A stretch of DNA of 62,905 nucleotides, the filler included, from Octopus bimaculoides (taxonomy: Eukaryota): assembly GCF_001194135.2 (NCBI RefSeq). It is 6 parts of 6 records of this genome, joined end to end, with 100 filler letters (N's around TTAATTAATTAA, not from the genome) between each part and the next. Parts side by side here need not be neighbours in the genome. Positions count along the whole stretch, not along the records: positions 1 to 19,383 come from NC_068984.1; positions 19,484 to 21,534 come from NW_026417509.1; positions 21,635 to 37,523 come from NC_068985.1; 3 more parts are not named here. One strand, 5' to 3'. Under the pieces are notes generated by a model. The model saw only the letters and a program-made list of their open reading frames with translations. It made no database searches and was not told the DNA's origin. A program made the position numbers and the translations under genes. This document shows, in pieces, positions 12,999-26,600 of the stretch; the stretch's first letter is position 1, and every line of letters begins with the position of its first letter.

Positions 12999-13325
12999 AA
13001 GAACAGACAGACAAGAGTTGGGTGGAAGCTGAGATGTTAAGTGAAAGACAACTCTGAAAGTGTTCAGGTGGTGAAAGCTGGGGTGATGGGGAGTTCAGTG
13101 AAAGAGAGGCAGAAATGAGGGTGTCATAGATGGGGGTGCAGAAGATGATTGTAGTGAAAGCATCCAAACCACCATCATATGCCAACTTAAAGTTTTTTTT
13201 TTTTGGGTCATACTTGCATGGAAGTATGAGTCTTTCCTTTCTAAATAGAAAAAAAAGTAATAATAGCAGAAAATTATCTGAAAATTCCCTTAATTATATA
13301 TATATATATNNNNNNNNNNNNNNNA

Positions 13326-13932
13326 AGTTGGAGGGGAATAGGATAAATCACCTGCATCAACTTGCTAGAAAAGCAGGTTGTAATTTTATCTTGTACTTAC
13401 TCATAATGCAAGTTTTGAAGAGTGCCGTTCAATTTTAACAGTTATTTTTTCAAGGATATAATGGAAGTGACAAATGACCAAATTTGGCATATTTTACTTT
13501 ATGAGTTCAATAAAGGTAACAATGCAATGGAAAGTGCGAAGAATATTAATGCAGTATATGGGGATCAAACAGTAAGTGTAAGCCAGTGTCAACAGTGTTT
13601 CCAGAAATTCCGAGCCAGAAACTACAGCCTAGAAAATGAGCTCTGCCCTGCAAGATCTGTAGAGCTTAACGTGGAGGTCCTGCAAACCCTAAGGGAACAA
13701 AACCCATCTAACTGTTGTGGAACTAGCAGAGAAGCTTGGGTTTGGTCATTCAACCATTCATTGACACCTGCGTGCCACTGGAAAAGTTAGCAAATTGGGT
13801 CAATGGGTTCCTTACAAACTTTCTAGAGAGTGAATGTGTGCACTTCTTTGCTGTCACGTCTCATGAATGAACATTTTTTGGACTAAATAGAGAAGTATAA
13901 AAAAACTGCATTATTTATGGGATGACCCAATA
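13326..13932 (+). mobile_element. Internally deleted mariner element with transposase N-terminal HTH
   Basis: From 13461, MEVTNDQIWHILLYEFNKGNNAMESAKNINAVYG...FQKFRARNYSLENE resembles the Hsmar1/SETMAR HTH. TIR-like right end GCATTATTTATGGGATGACCCAATA; left end lies in a gap. Confidence 0.85.
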
Positions 13933-13947
13933 TATATACATACACAA

Positions 13948-14945
13948 GAGAAATATTTTCTCTACAGTAACTGCAGTAAATTCATCTTTTAGCAGTTGAA
14001 ATATGTCACAAACATATTTTTGTCTAATTAAAACTTTGCTTATGCCAGAACACTGCTTGGTGCTAATATTTCCCTATTTTCCATGATTGGGTGATCCACC
14101 AGTGCAAATCAGTCGACATTGTTGACAGTATTTTACATAAAGCTATTGCTTTATAAGATTTGTTCAGAGTTGCCTCTCTTAGTTATCTCCCATTGATGAA
14201 AGCCAACTAGCTTGAAGCAATGCTTTCTGGGAGTCCTGATAGATGGAAACACTGGGCAAATAGGGTGTTTTCACACCTTTTTACCATATGAGAAATATTT
14301 TTTCTACAGTAACTACAGTGAATTTGCCTTTTAGCAGTTGAAATATATCACAAACATATTTTAACTAACCTAAACTTTCCTTATATACAAGGTGATTCAA
14401 GTCACCATACATAGGAACAATTTATCTTTTTAGAAGAAACAGTTTATAAAAACAGGTTCTTTTTTTATTTAATAGGCTCTATATGATTACCATTGCTTTG
14501 AATACACATTGCAATACATTTACCCCACTCATTGTAAACTCATAATAGCACACCTGGTTATATATATGGAAATCAGTTGGTGATGTGTTCCTTCAAATGA
14601 TTTGATTTTTATCTTTTCGCAATACGCCATGCCTTTCAAATGCCTCCAAAGATAAAAATCAAAAGGGGTCAGATCAGGGGATCTTATAAACTGTTTCTTA
14701 TAAAAAATTAAATTTTTCCTATGTACGGAGACATTTGAATCACTCTGTATATTCTTTTCCTTGACTTTTTATCTAATTAAAACTTTGCTTATGCCAGAAC
14801 ACTGCTTGGTGCTAATATTTCGCTATTTTCCATGATTGGGTGATCCACCAGTGCAAATCAGTTGACATTGTTGACAGTATTTTACATAAAGCTATTGCTT
14901 TATAGGATTTGTTCAGAGTTGCCTATCTTAGTTACCTCCCATTGA
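13948..14945 (+). repeat. About 250-bp direct duplication (13948-14196 and 14290-14945), second copy interrupted by a MITE
   Basis: Shared GAGAAATATTTT..CTACAGTAACT...GCCAGAACACTGCTTGGTGC...CTCCCATTGA. Confidence 0.88.
14386..14749. mobile_element. Tc1/mariner-type MITE
   Basis: About 38-bp imperfect TIRs TACAAGGTGATTCAAGTCACCATACATAGGAA and TTCCTATGTACGGAGACATTTGAATCACTCTGTA, with TA ends. Confidence 0.75.
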
Positions 14946-15247
14946 CTACAGCCATGCTGGAGCACTTCTTTTTAGTTGAACAAATCGACCCCAGGACTTA
15001 TTCTATTAGTCTTGTTTGCTGATCTGTGTGTTTATGGGGATGTAAACACACGCCAACAGTAGTTGTTAAGCAGCGTGCACGCGCACACACATATACAACA
15101 GGCTTCTTTCAGTTTCTGTTTACTAAATCCACTTATAAGGCATTGGTCAGCCTGAGGCTGTAGAAGACACTCACCCAAGGTGCCACACAGTGGGACTGAA
15201 CCCGGAACCATGTGGTTGGGGAGCAAGCTTCTTACCACACAGCCACA
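14941..15247 (-). mobile_element. SINE family B copy
   Basis: Reverse complement of the 22404 family. Confidence 0.8.
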
Positions 15248-18200
15248 CTAACCATATTACTTCTCAATTTTTCAGACAACTTGCTCAACTTAGTGAACTA
15301 TTGATCAGAGACTAAGAAATAGTTACAGAATGGCCTCAGTACACAAGAAATAATTTGTATAGATTTACATTAGGTATTTAACTGAGTCAAACTAATCTTT
15401 CGAAGTCAAACAAACAAATTTATCCAACTATACACTTATGACAGAAGGATTGTTTAACTTCATTTTGAGAATTAGATGAGGTTAGTTCTGGTCCTGTCTA
15501 AAATGCGAAACATAAGGTAGATGAAACAATAATGTGAGAGGAAACATCTAAAGATAACTCTCATTAACAAGGCATGTCAGAATTTTATGTTAGAAGAATA
15601 AAGTCTGAGATAAAAATAGTCTGTTCTGAGCACTGTTGAGATAGTAACAAGTTCACCTCAAAAGACTTCTATACTAACCAGAATGCTGTATAGTATTATT
15701 CTATGTAAATCAATATCTTCAACTGAAAGTAGCCAATAATTGCTCATTTATTAGATCAAAGGAAGTGGGAAATTCCAAAATTTTAATTATAAAAAAGAAG
15801 TAAATAAAAGTGTTAGAAAAAAGATAAGGAAATTCAAATGGAAATGGAAAAACTATAAAGGAATTTGAAATTGTAAGTTAAAACTGTTGTTTTCCTAAGA
15901 TACTTTGCAGTAGTTGGCACCTCAAACCACGCTTGTTTATTTGTAAAAGAAATTAGCTGAGAAATGGTTTTATTTGTAGAACACTGCACAAAGTTGAAGA
16001 ACAGAATAATAATATCAGTTCTAGTTGCAAGGAAATGGATAATGTGTATAACAGTTTATCAGATAACAGACAGTTTATCAAAGACAGAAGTGAATAGATA
16101 AGTTGCAAAGTTTAAAAATGCTGTACATGATGTGAATATCAGTGTTAGATTTCTTTATATTATTGTCAGTATTTTCTTTTACTAACATTAGCTAGGTGAC
16201 ACACACATACACATAGAGTGTGTGTGTGTGGTCACCAAAACATGTGTAAATACAGTGTCATTTTATAATATACGTTCCAGACTTTATGCACACACGTATC
16301 TGAATGTGATTTTGAAGTGTTGTTTGAGAAGGGCACTTTTGATTATTGCACTGAGAAGATTTAGCTTCCATGCAATAAGACTAACTTAAATTCAATAAAA
16401 TAGATAGATATGTGACATTTTAAAGAAATAGCTTTAGTGTTGAGAGACAAAAAAAAAAAAATGATATTCAATGTATAAAAAAATAATGGTACGCATGTTT
16501 ATGAAAGTTAGGTCTTGGTCAGTTTAAGAAGTATATCTTAGATATTTATTTATATACCACATCTCTACACTATTTTATAGATACAGAATATAGCTAGAGC
16601 ATAACGGATTACTGAAGTATCATTTTATGAAAAATAAATATTTAAAGTGTAACAAGCTTTAATCTTCCCAAACTGACATATAATGATGGCCCAAAAGCTA
16701 GGTTGAAACTATATACAGACTAATATTTCTCTAATGATTTAATTCTAGTAAAAAGCAGTTGATGGAAGAGAATCTTAAGAAATTGATAGTAGCATGACTT
16801 GAAGAAAATGGCTGAAAAGGCAACAAAATATAATGAGGCAGTGTGCTAAGGAAGTAAAGATAATCAGAAGGAAGTGCAGAAGTTTAATAGTTATTATAGG
16901 AAAGAAGGAGTGAAGTGAATTTGAACAGCTTCAAAATGAACTAAAAAATATATTGTCTTGCTAAGTATTTAGTTTTTCTGCTCTTTCTTAATTTTTATGT
17001 TTAAACTTAAATACTTTTTATTGAATAACCATAATTTTTGGAAATAATTATCAGTGCCAGTTGCTTTATTGTCTGTTATTTAAAATAGAACACAAATTAC
17101 TTATTATTCCCAAGAACATTCCATAGACATCTGTAACTGGAATATAAAATATGAGCAGTTCACAAAATATACAGAAAACAGTATAATTTGCTAAATTATA
17201 TCAAAATGCTTGAAGTTATCTAAAAATAAGCACAAATTGTTCTATAAATTGATTTCAAAAATTTCTAAAAGTTTATGTGGATAACAATCTAACTGCTAAC
17301 ACACACGTGCATAACAGTGAACTACAAGATTTTTGAATAAGTTCTTTCTTAAATCCACCTCTTTTTAATGTTATCACACTCGTGTGGTAACATGGAATTT
17401 TTGTCCTTTTATTACTTTATCAAGTATTCAACTCCATATACCACACATTGCACAAATCACTCTTTACTTCAGTCACTTTATAGAGAGTCTCTTAGTTATA
17501 GCAGTCATATCTTCTACACTATTTAACATCGTTGCTCCCTAATGATGGTGTATATGACAATATAATATAATGATGCAAACTACAAAATACTGACATTCAC
17601 AACTTTACTGAACTTTTTAATGCCACAAATACAAACTACACTAGCTGACATACAGATGAGTCAACAAACTGGTCATTCAGTTAGAAAGAAATAGCAGCCA
17701 AATCTCCTTCAAACAACACTACCATCTTCAAAAAGAAAGGACACACTGGATAATCACAGAGTTAAACAACACCAGTGATGTCTGCCAAACATAATACAAT
17801 AATCGTTCTCACAGATATCAAGAGTAACTAGACTGACAGAAACAGAAAACATCAAATCCCAAATACACACCATTTGTTTAAATATGCAGTGACACTGAAC
17901 ACTCTCACGAACACATAACATTCAACATGACATAAATGCACAATATATGGAGACAAGACAGAGAAAGTATTATCTTCTTAACTGCAACTCACAAACTTTG
18001 GTAAATAATATGCAAACCTAAAGAAACAAATGACAACCCAGAGAGACAAATATGACATTAGTAATCAAATAAGTGAAATCAAACTACTTCGACTATCGAT
18101 TTAACTTTAGCATAAAGTGTCTGTAAACTCCCACTCACATATCCATTATATACCACACATAAGGTATCTGTAAAATCCTACTCCCGTAACCTTCATATCT

Positions 18201-19092
18201 TATGCATTAGGAGTTCTGTAAAATCCCATAGCTATAATCATCATATACCACACATATATTAACATCATGTGAATCTGCTGTTGAATAAAAACTTTTCCAC
18301 TTCTTTCTGTTCAAAATCTGAGTCGTCCACTGCTGTAAGAATTATTTCCAGTCATTCTGTCTACCACTGGATAATTTTTATTAGTCTGTGTCTTATACAT
18401 TCTTCATTATAGTCTTTACCCAAATGAATTGTGCGACCAGTTCAATGATATTGAAATGTAATTTGGAGTTCTCTTAAGTTCTCCACCCTACAAACTGTAT
18501 GTACAACACAAAGAAAATGCATAGCAAAACACAAAAACATTCCAATATGATTTCATTCCTGAAACCAAATAAAAATCAAAGCCAGAATTTATCATACTCG
18601 TAGCTCTGACTACTGTCCTCAAAATCAGTTTGCAACTACAACCCTACATCAAATAAACCACATGGTCACCAAATTTGCCTTTGCCATGTCCACAGAATGA
18701 GAGAATGAGAGAGAGAGAGAGAGAGAGCTAGAGAGAGAAACACACACATACATACATACATACAGTGAAGTGTATGAAAGTACAAATAAATTGATTACCA
18801 TAATATGCTATATCATAAATTACATTTCAGAAAAGAAAGAAGACATTGATACATACAAAAATACAAATTTCAAACAATTTCAATGAAATCTAGCCTTCAT
18901 CATTTTACATAGTTAACTTTTAATATGTACATATATGCACACACACACATAAAATTGAATGTGGCACTTAAGTTTAGGCACCAGAATATAGTATAGTATT
19001 ATCCAAACAATTCCCAAAACAAGGTGATCAAAAATCAAAAAAAAAGCAACACAGATTTTCAAGGTTATTGCATTGTTTTGATTTTATATATC

Positions 19093-19383
19093 AGGACGAC
19101 CTGGGCTGAGGTGGTGAGGCAAGACCTTCGTACATTGGGCCTCACCGAGGCGATGACTACTGACCGAGACCTTTGGAAATGTGCTGTGCGTGAGAAGACC
19201 CGGCAAGCCAAGTAAGATCGTTGCCAGTGCCCCTGGACTGGCTCTTGTGCGGGTGGCACATAAGATGCACCATTTTGAGCGTGGCCATTGCCAGTACCGC
19301 CTGACTGGCCTCTGTAGGATTTTCGAGTGAGATCGTTGCCAGTGCCCCTGGACTAGCTTGTGCGGGTGGCACATAAAAGACAC
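19093..19383 (+). mobile_element. RTE-clade LINE fragment (ORF end and 3'UTR), cut by gap
   Basis: Encodes TWAEVVRQDLRTLGLTEAMTTDRDLWKCAVREKTRQAK*, followed by the 3'UTR tandem units. Confidence 0.85.
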
Positions 19384-19483
19384 NNNNNNNNNNNNNNNNN
19401 NNNNNNNNNNNNNNNNNNNNNNNNNNNTTAATTAATTAANNNNNNNNNNNNNNNNNNNNNNNNNNNNNNNNNNNNNNNNNNNN
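19384..19483. other. Scaffold-join gap with TTAATTAATTAA linker
   Basis: 100-bp N block with a central linker carrying stops in all six frames. Confidence 0.95.
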
Positions 19484-21534
19484 ATACATACACACGTAAA
19501 TGCATACATGCAAACAGACATCAATACATACATGCATGCATGCATCCATGTATACATACAAGCATAAATACAGACATACATAAATACATACATACGTACA
19601 AACATAAATATATACATACATAAGTGATTTTATCCATAAATAATTAAATACATAAATACATACATGAATACATGCATACATTCATACATAAATAAATACA
19701 TACATAAATAAATACATACATTAATANNNNNNNNNNCATACATAAATAAATACATACATTAATACGTACATACATATATAATACATGCACAAATAAATAC
19801 ATACATACGGAAATGAATACATGCATACGGAAATACATACATATATAAATACATACCTATATAAATACATAAAAAATATATAGATACACACACATACATA
19901 CATACATACATGTATACATAAATACATACACACATACATGCTTAAATACATGAATGCACGCATACATACATACATATAAGCATAAAAACATACGTGCATG
20001 CATGCAAACATACATACATGCATACCTGAAAACCTACANNNNNNNNNNNNNNNNNNNNNNNNNNNNNNNNNNNNNNNNNNNNNNNNNNNNNNNNNNNNNN
20101 NNNNNNNNNNNNNNNNNNNNNNNNNNNNNNNNNNNNNNNNNNNNNNNNNNNNNNNNNNNNNNNNNNNNNNNNNNNNNNNNNNNNNNNNNNNNNNNNNNNN
20201 NNNNNNNNNNNNNNNNNNNNNNNNNNNNNNNNNNNNNNNNNNNNNNNNNNNNNNNNNNNNNNNNNNNNNNNNNNNNNNNNNNNNNNNNNNNNNNNNNNNN
20301 NNNNNNNNNNNNNNNNNNNNNNNNNNNNNNNNNNNNNNNNNNNNNNNNNNNNNNNNNNNNNNNNNNNNNNNNNNNNNNNNNNNNNNNNNNNNNNNNNNNN
20401 NNNNNNNNNNNNNNNNNNNNNNNNNNNNNNNNNNNNNNNNNNNNNNNNNNNNNNNNNNNNNNNNNNNNNNNNNNNNNNNNNNNNNNNNNNNNNNNNNNNN
20501 NNNNNNNNNNNNNNNNNNNNNNNNNNNNNNNNNNNNNNNNNNNNNNNNNNNNNNNNNNNNNNNNNNNNNNNNNNNNNNNNNNNNNNNNNNNNNNNNNNNN
20601 NNNNNNNNNNNNNNNNNNNNNNNNNNNNNNNNNNNNNNNNNNTACCTACCTGCATACATGCATATATACATGGACAGACACATACACACATATATACATG
20701 CATACATCCAACATTCAAACATACATGCATACACACATGCATACATGCATAAATGCAAACATCCATACANNNNNNNNNNNNNNNNNNNNNNNNNNNNNNN
20801 NNNNNNNNNNNNNNNNNNNNNNNNNNNNNNNNNNNNNNNNNNNNNNNNNNNNNNNNNNNNNNNNNNNNNNNNNNNNNNNNNNNNNNNNNNNNNNNNNNNN
20901 NNNNNNNNNNNNNNNNNNNNNNNNNNNNNNNNNNNNNNNNNNNNTACATACATTCATACATAAATACGTAATTGCATTAATACGCACATACATAAATACA
21001 TACATACATAATACATAGATACATACATAAATACATAAATACATACACACGTAAATGCATACATGCAAACAGACATCAATNNNNNNNNNNNNNNNNNNNN
21101 NNATTAATACGTACATACATATATAATACATACATGCGTAAATACATACATATATAAATGCATAAAAAAAATACATAGACACATACATATATAAATTCAT
21201 ACAAACATATATAAATACACACACGCATACATTAATATAGGCACACATACACANNNNNNNNNNNNNNNNNNNNNNNNNNNNNNNNNNNNNNNNNNNNNNN
21301 NNNNNNNNNNNNNNNNNNNNNNNNNNNNNNNNNNNNNNNNNNNNNNNNNNNNNNNNNNNNNNNNNNNNNNNNNNNNNNNNNNNNNNNNNNNNNNNNNNNN
21401 NNNNNNNNNNNNNNNNNNTAAATACATACGTATATACATACATACATACATAAATACCTGAATGAATATATAAATTAATACATTCGTACATAAATATATG
21501 CATGCATATATACATACATAAATATTTACATACA
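19484..21534. repeat. Degenerate (TACA)n/(TAAA)n-like simple-repeat field with gaps
   Basis: Low-complexity sequence between two linker joins. Confidence 0.9.
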
Positions 21535-21634
21535 NNNNNNNNNNNNNNNNNNNNNNNNNNNNNNNNNNNNNNNNNNNNTTAATTAATTAANNNNNNNNNN
21601 NNNNNNNNNNNNNNNNNNNNNNNNNNNNNNNNNN
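21535..21634. other. Scaffold-join gap with linker
   Basis: Same 100-bp pattern. Confidence 0.95.
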
Positions 21635-21827
21635 GTGCGGGTGACACGTAAAAGCACCCACTACACTCTCTGAGTGGTTGGCGTTAGGAAGGGCATCCAG
21701 CTGTAGAAACTCTGCCAAATCAGACTGGAGCCTGGTGTTGCCATCCGGTTTCACCAGTCCTCAGTCAAATCGTCCAACCCATGCTAGCATGGAAAGCGGA
21801 CGTTAAACGATGATGATGATGATGATG
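21635..21827 (+). mobile_element. RTE-clade LINE extreme 3' end
   Basis: Near-identical to 198-389; ends in (GAT)n. Confidence 0.85.
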
Positions 21828-22403
21828 ATATATATATATATATATATAAGGGATGTTATTATTGAAATGCCATCACAGTGGCAAACGAATTATCAGCCAT
21901 ACAGGCAAATTAATAGAATATATACATACAATATAAGATATGTACTGACATATATATATACTCAGGGGCATTTCATAAGCCTTTGCATTGCTAAAAATAG
22001 AAGTCAAAAATACTTCTGTGCCACAGAATAGTCACAAATCTACTACAGGTATGGTAGGAAAAGATTGCAATGAACATTAAAAACGTCTTAACTCTGCTAG
22101 GTCACCAGAAGTAATACTGGTCAACTCAGTACCAGTTTTGAAATCAGCAGCAAATTGGTGCCTGTTTCTCTTCAGCCAAAGTATATCAGCTAACTACTAC
22201 TAAAATTTTCTCACACCAGGCCCACAAAAGTTCGTTTGAAGTGACCAAACACTATTTAAACAAACAAAATGCCTGAAATATATAAATAAATATAAGAAGG
22301 GATGGAATTATTAAAATACCATCACAGTGGTAAGCGAATTATCAGCCATGCAGGTAAATTTATAAAATATATACATACAATATAAGATATGTACTCACAT
22401 ATA

Positions 22404-22785
22404 GGCACAGGAGTGGTTGTGTGGTAATTAGCTTGCTTACCAACCACATGGTTCCGGGTTCAGTCCCACTGTGTGGCACCTTGGGCAAATGTCTTCTACT
22501 ATAGCCTGGGGCCGACCAAAGCCTTGTGAGTGGATTTGGTAGACGGAAACTGAAAGAAGCCCGTCGTATATATGTATATGTATATATATATGTGTGTGTT
22601 TGTCCCTCCAACATCTCTTGACAACCGATGCTGGTGTGTTTACATCCTTGTAACTTAGCGGTTCAGCAAAAGAGACCAATAGAATAAGTACTAGGCTTAC
22701 AAAGAATAAGTCTTGGGGTCGATTTGCTCGACTAAAGGCGGTGCTCCAGCATGGCCGCAGTCAAATGACTGAAACAAGTAAAAGA

Positions 22786-22786
<1 letters not shown>
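22404..22786 (+). mobile_element. tRNA-derived SINE family B, full-length
   Basis: A/B-box-like head (GGTTCCGGGTTCAGTCCC), internal microsatellite and AAAAGAG tail; many copies in this window. Confidence 0.85.
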
Positions 22787-22841
<55 letters not shown>

Positions 22842-23812
22842 TACTGAAGGGAAATAACCCAGAAATTGTGATACGCAGATATTGTTTTGAGCTGGGTGGG
22901 GGTGCTAAATGCCCTTGTTTGAAAATATAAGGATGCAGATCATATCATATAGCCAGCTGGAAATGATGTCTCATGGGGCTAAATTACAGCAACATTTGTC
23001 CTAAAGCAGGACTGCCATGTAATGTTGGCAAATAATCTTCACGTTAAATATTTTTACTATTATTATTACACACATGTAATAATAATAGTGAAAATATTTA
23101 ATGTGGTTCAACAATTTAGCATCTGTTTTCAGCATATAGACAAAGAAAATTTTTTCTTTGCCCTTATTTATAATTGTGTTTATAATTTCACCTTAAAAGG
23201 TATTTTTCTATATGTTGGCCACTGATAAAATTTTTAACAATCTTATCCTGTCATATTACAAGTATATATATATATATACATATATATATAAACACACACA
23301 TACACACACACACACACACNNNNNNNNNNNNNNNNNNNNNNNNNNNNNNNNNNNNNNNNNNNNNNNNNNNNNNNNNNNNNNNNNNNNNNNNNNNNNNNNN
23401 NNNNNNNNNNNNNNNNNNNNNNNNNNNNNNNNNNNNNNNNNNNNNNNNNNNNNNNNNNNNNNNNNNNNNNNNNNNNNNNNNNNNNNNNNNNNNNNNNNNN
23501 NNNNNNNNNNNNNNNNNNNNNNNNNNNNNNNNNNNNNNNNNNNNNNNNNNNNNNNNNNNNNNNNNNNNNNNNNNNNNNNNNNNNNNNNNNTATATATATA
23601 TATATATATATATTTATTTATATATATTAGTAAAAAGTAAGGGATTACACCAAAACGATTACCAGCTTGCTTCCAGTTAGGTATTCAAAAATGTTATTTA
23701 ACAGTTGAGGTATAAATTCAGTAAAGTTCTCATAAGATAAGAAATTAGAGGAATATTCTGTTGGATTATTCTGAATATATTTCCTTAACTGTATAGGTTT
23801 CCTGGGGTATAA

Positions 23813-24057
23813 ATATTGATAATATGAAAATAAGGATTACTCCAAAGTAGCAATAGCATTACCTTTAATTTGATAATTATATACTGCCTTTAAGACCAAC
23901 ACTTGTTTCAATTGCACCAATTAATAAAAGTAGCAATTGCAACCCTACTATAAAATGATGCAGTCTCTTTGGGGTCTTAAAGGCAGTATATAATTATCAA
24001 ATTAAAGGTAACGCTATTGCTACTCTGGAGTATTTCTTATTTTTATATTGTCAATAT
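23813..24057. repeat. Inverted repeat / MITE-like hairpin
   Basis: About 85-bp arms (23813-23897 and 23973-24057) with a 75-bp spacer. Confidence 0.85.
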
Positions 24058-25119
24058 ATATATTTCCATCAGTTTAAAATTATTTTAAAACATTTAAAAA
24101 ATTTTATTTTATTTCAACCTATTTTATTCTTTTAAGATTTTAATCTTTTATTTTTACCTTTAATTTTTCATTTTCATTCCAGTATTATTCGAACCTTACC
24201 ATCTTATCATTGTTTTATCATTACCTCATGGTTATGGGTATTGTTATTTCTGTTATTAATTTGCAATATTATCGTGTTATTTTATTAATATTATTGATAG
24301 TTGTATTATTGATATTGTTTTGGTATCACATATTACTCTGATAATTTATTCTAATTCTTTATATCTTAGATTATTTTAATGCTAATTTTAGAAACTTTAG
24401 TTCAAATTTTAATACATAATCTTTTTTATTAGGTTAAAATTTTAAAACATGACTAATCAGGTTAACCTGAATTTATATTTTAATTTGCACAGCTTTAACT
24501 TGACATCATCCCATTTGTCACAACATTTCCCAATCCATCAGTATTTATATCCTAGATAGTAAGAGCATTCCTGACCTCTACAATATGACTACAACTAGTA
24601 TCATTTTATTTCCTAACTTTATTTCCTGACTACGCTAGATAGCAAAAACTAAACATTACTATTTTAGACTGACCATGTCCACAAAAAGCCTATATCAAGT
24701 TTCAACACAATGGCCGGAGAATATCTAACCTATGTACAATGCTGTTATGGTAATAGGTGCTGACCTGACTGCAAACACTAAGGTTTTAGACTGTCCCTCT
24801 TCCAAATTTGGTAATACAATGCCTCTACTTCTAGTAATTGACTCCTACACCATCCCCTTACCTACTTCCACCCTTTTGTAATCTGTTCTCTGTTCTATTT
24901 GAATATTTCTGTGTTCTCGTCCCACCTTCACCATACAATAGCCATCCCTCCAGTGCTGTGCCTGTTATAACCAGAAATGGCTTTGATGAAAATAGCATTA
25001 ATTTTCTTAGGTCATTCAATTTTTCTCAGTTGAATAAACCTATCAGTAATATACCTATAATGACTACTGGAAACAGTTGTAAGCCAAATTTGCTCCAATA
25101 TTTTTAACTTGTTTCTTAT

Positions 25120-25880
25120 ATATCACTTTGTGTAGAAACCAATTTGCCTGAACCCATCTATGCCTTTTCATTCTGAGAGGGAGGTCTTTGTGGCCAGCAG
25201 AGTTAGGAGCTCTCTGAACTTTGCTCATCTGATCCTTATTCTCACAGCTACACTTTTGAAGCATCCCCCTCTGTAACTAACTTGGTCACCTAGATAATGG
25301 AAGCTATCAACTACCTCTAGTTTACTCCACTGACAGTTGATGGAGTCTATTTTCTGTACATTTTTGGTGTTTATTCTACCAGTGCATCTTCTACACACAA
25401 AAGCTATTTTCCCTATTAACCTTCCTCTGATGTTGCTGCACCTCTCATGTGTCCATAGCTTACACTGGATACATCTTATGGAGTCTCTACCTATGCCTTT
25501 TCTACAGATTGAGCATGGTCATCTAACTAAAAGTATTTGTCATTTGTCCTCTATCCTACTTACTAAGACTTTGGTTTATGCTAGATTAACTCTAAGGCCC
25601 TTTGAATCTAAAACTTGCTTCTACACCTGAAATTTCTTCTCTAGTTCTGGAAGTGATTTGGCTATGAGAATAAGGTCATCAACAAAGAGGAGCTTCCAGG
25701 GGGAATCCCATCTTAAATTCCTTTGCTATTGCCTGGAAGACTATGACTTCTACTCCAAATTCATTGCTATACTCATTACCAACCCTCACCTTACTGACAG
25801 TATCTCTGCATATGGCTTGTATGGCTCTCACCAACCACTCATCTATCCCTTGTTTCTACATTGACCACCAGATAAGCGAT
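25120..25880 (-). mobile_element. Degenerate RTE-clade reverse transcriptase fragment
   Basis: Encodes WKLLFVDDLILIAKSLPELEKKFQV*KQVLDSKGLRVNLA*TKVLV and LEVVDSFHYLGDQV, with stops and frameshifts. Confidence 0.85.
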
Positions 25881-26294
25881 CTCACAGAACCTACTACACA
25901 CACACACACATTAAACACCCTCACACTATCCTGTCCCAAAAACCACTTTCTCTGTCTCTTTCTACTTCCAGTCACTTCAGCAACGTAACTAGATATGTGC
26001 TGTTGGTGATTTCTTTTCCTTCTTTGGACTTTTCACTTTCTCCTTTCTAACTAAGAGCCATGTTTAAAATGTCAAACTGTCTCCTTTCACCTAGCATCAA
26101 GCTAATACATTTCTTATGCATGTCTTCATGTTGTCTGTTTTTATTCATTTATTTGAATATATATATATATTCATATGTACATAAATACCCAAACACACAC
26201 AACACATATGTAATGCTAAAAACAGTAAATTTTAGATATCATGCACTATACACTGAAATAATAATTTTTTTCCTTTTCATTTCTTCTCTTAAAG

Positions 26295-26336
26295 GTGTTG
26301 TAGATAATTATGAGACTATTTCAGATGAACTTTACA
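26295..26336 (+). CDS. Tyr-motif micro-exon T1 of an unidentified signalling-tail gene
   Basis: TTTCATTTCTTCTCTTAAAG acceptor and A|GTAAGT donor; 42 nt, phase 1-1; encodes VVDNYETISDELY. Confidence 0.75.
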
Positions 26337-26384
26337 GTAAGTATAATTAACACCAAATAACAAATAGTTTTATATTTAATATTG

Positions 26385-26595
26385 GTTTTAATTTTTGGAA
26401 CAAAGTCAGCAATTCTAAGAGAGGGAAAAATCAATTTCATTGACTCAATTGCTCAACTTGTATCTATTTTATTGACCTTGAAAGGATGAAAGGCAAAACT
26501 AACCTTGGCAGAATTTGATCTCAGAACATGAAGATGGGCAAAATGCTGCTAAATATTTTGTCCAGCATGCTAAATCTTCTGGAGATCACCTCCTT
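26385..26595 (-). mobile_element. SINE family C, degenerate
   Basis: AAAGGATGAAAGGCAAA...GCAGAATTTGA.CTCAGAAC block. Confidence 0.7.
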
Positions 26596-26600
26596 AGTTT

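Noticed and set aside
18250-18488. Minus-strand segment with acceptor- and donor-like ends, next to three imperfect 48-bp repeats (18121-18260)
   Set aside because: Stops in all frames and no homology; at most a UTR exon, which cannot be supported.
19428-19439. TTAATTAATTAA palindrome recurring five times
   Set aside because: Always centred in a 100-bp N block, so it is an assembly linker and not biology.
19432-21515. Long ORFs (up to 410 aa) in the ORF track here and across other gaps (27.5 kb, 46.7 kb, 49 kb and others)
   Set aside because: They are translations of N runs and of (TA)n, (CA)n or (TACA)n repeats.
24183-24400. Hydrophobic plus-strand frame as the missing transmembrane exon of the tyrosine-tail gene
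   Set aside because: TTA/ATT-rich low-complexity DNA gives Leu/Ile in any frame, and there is no phase-1 exon with a good donor.
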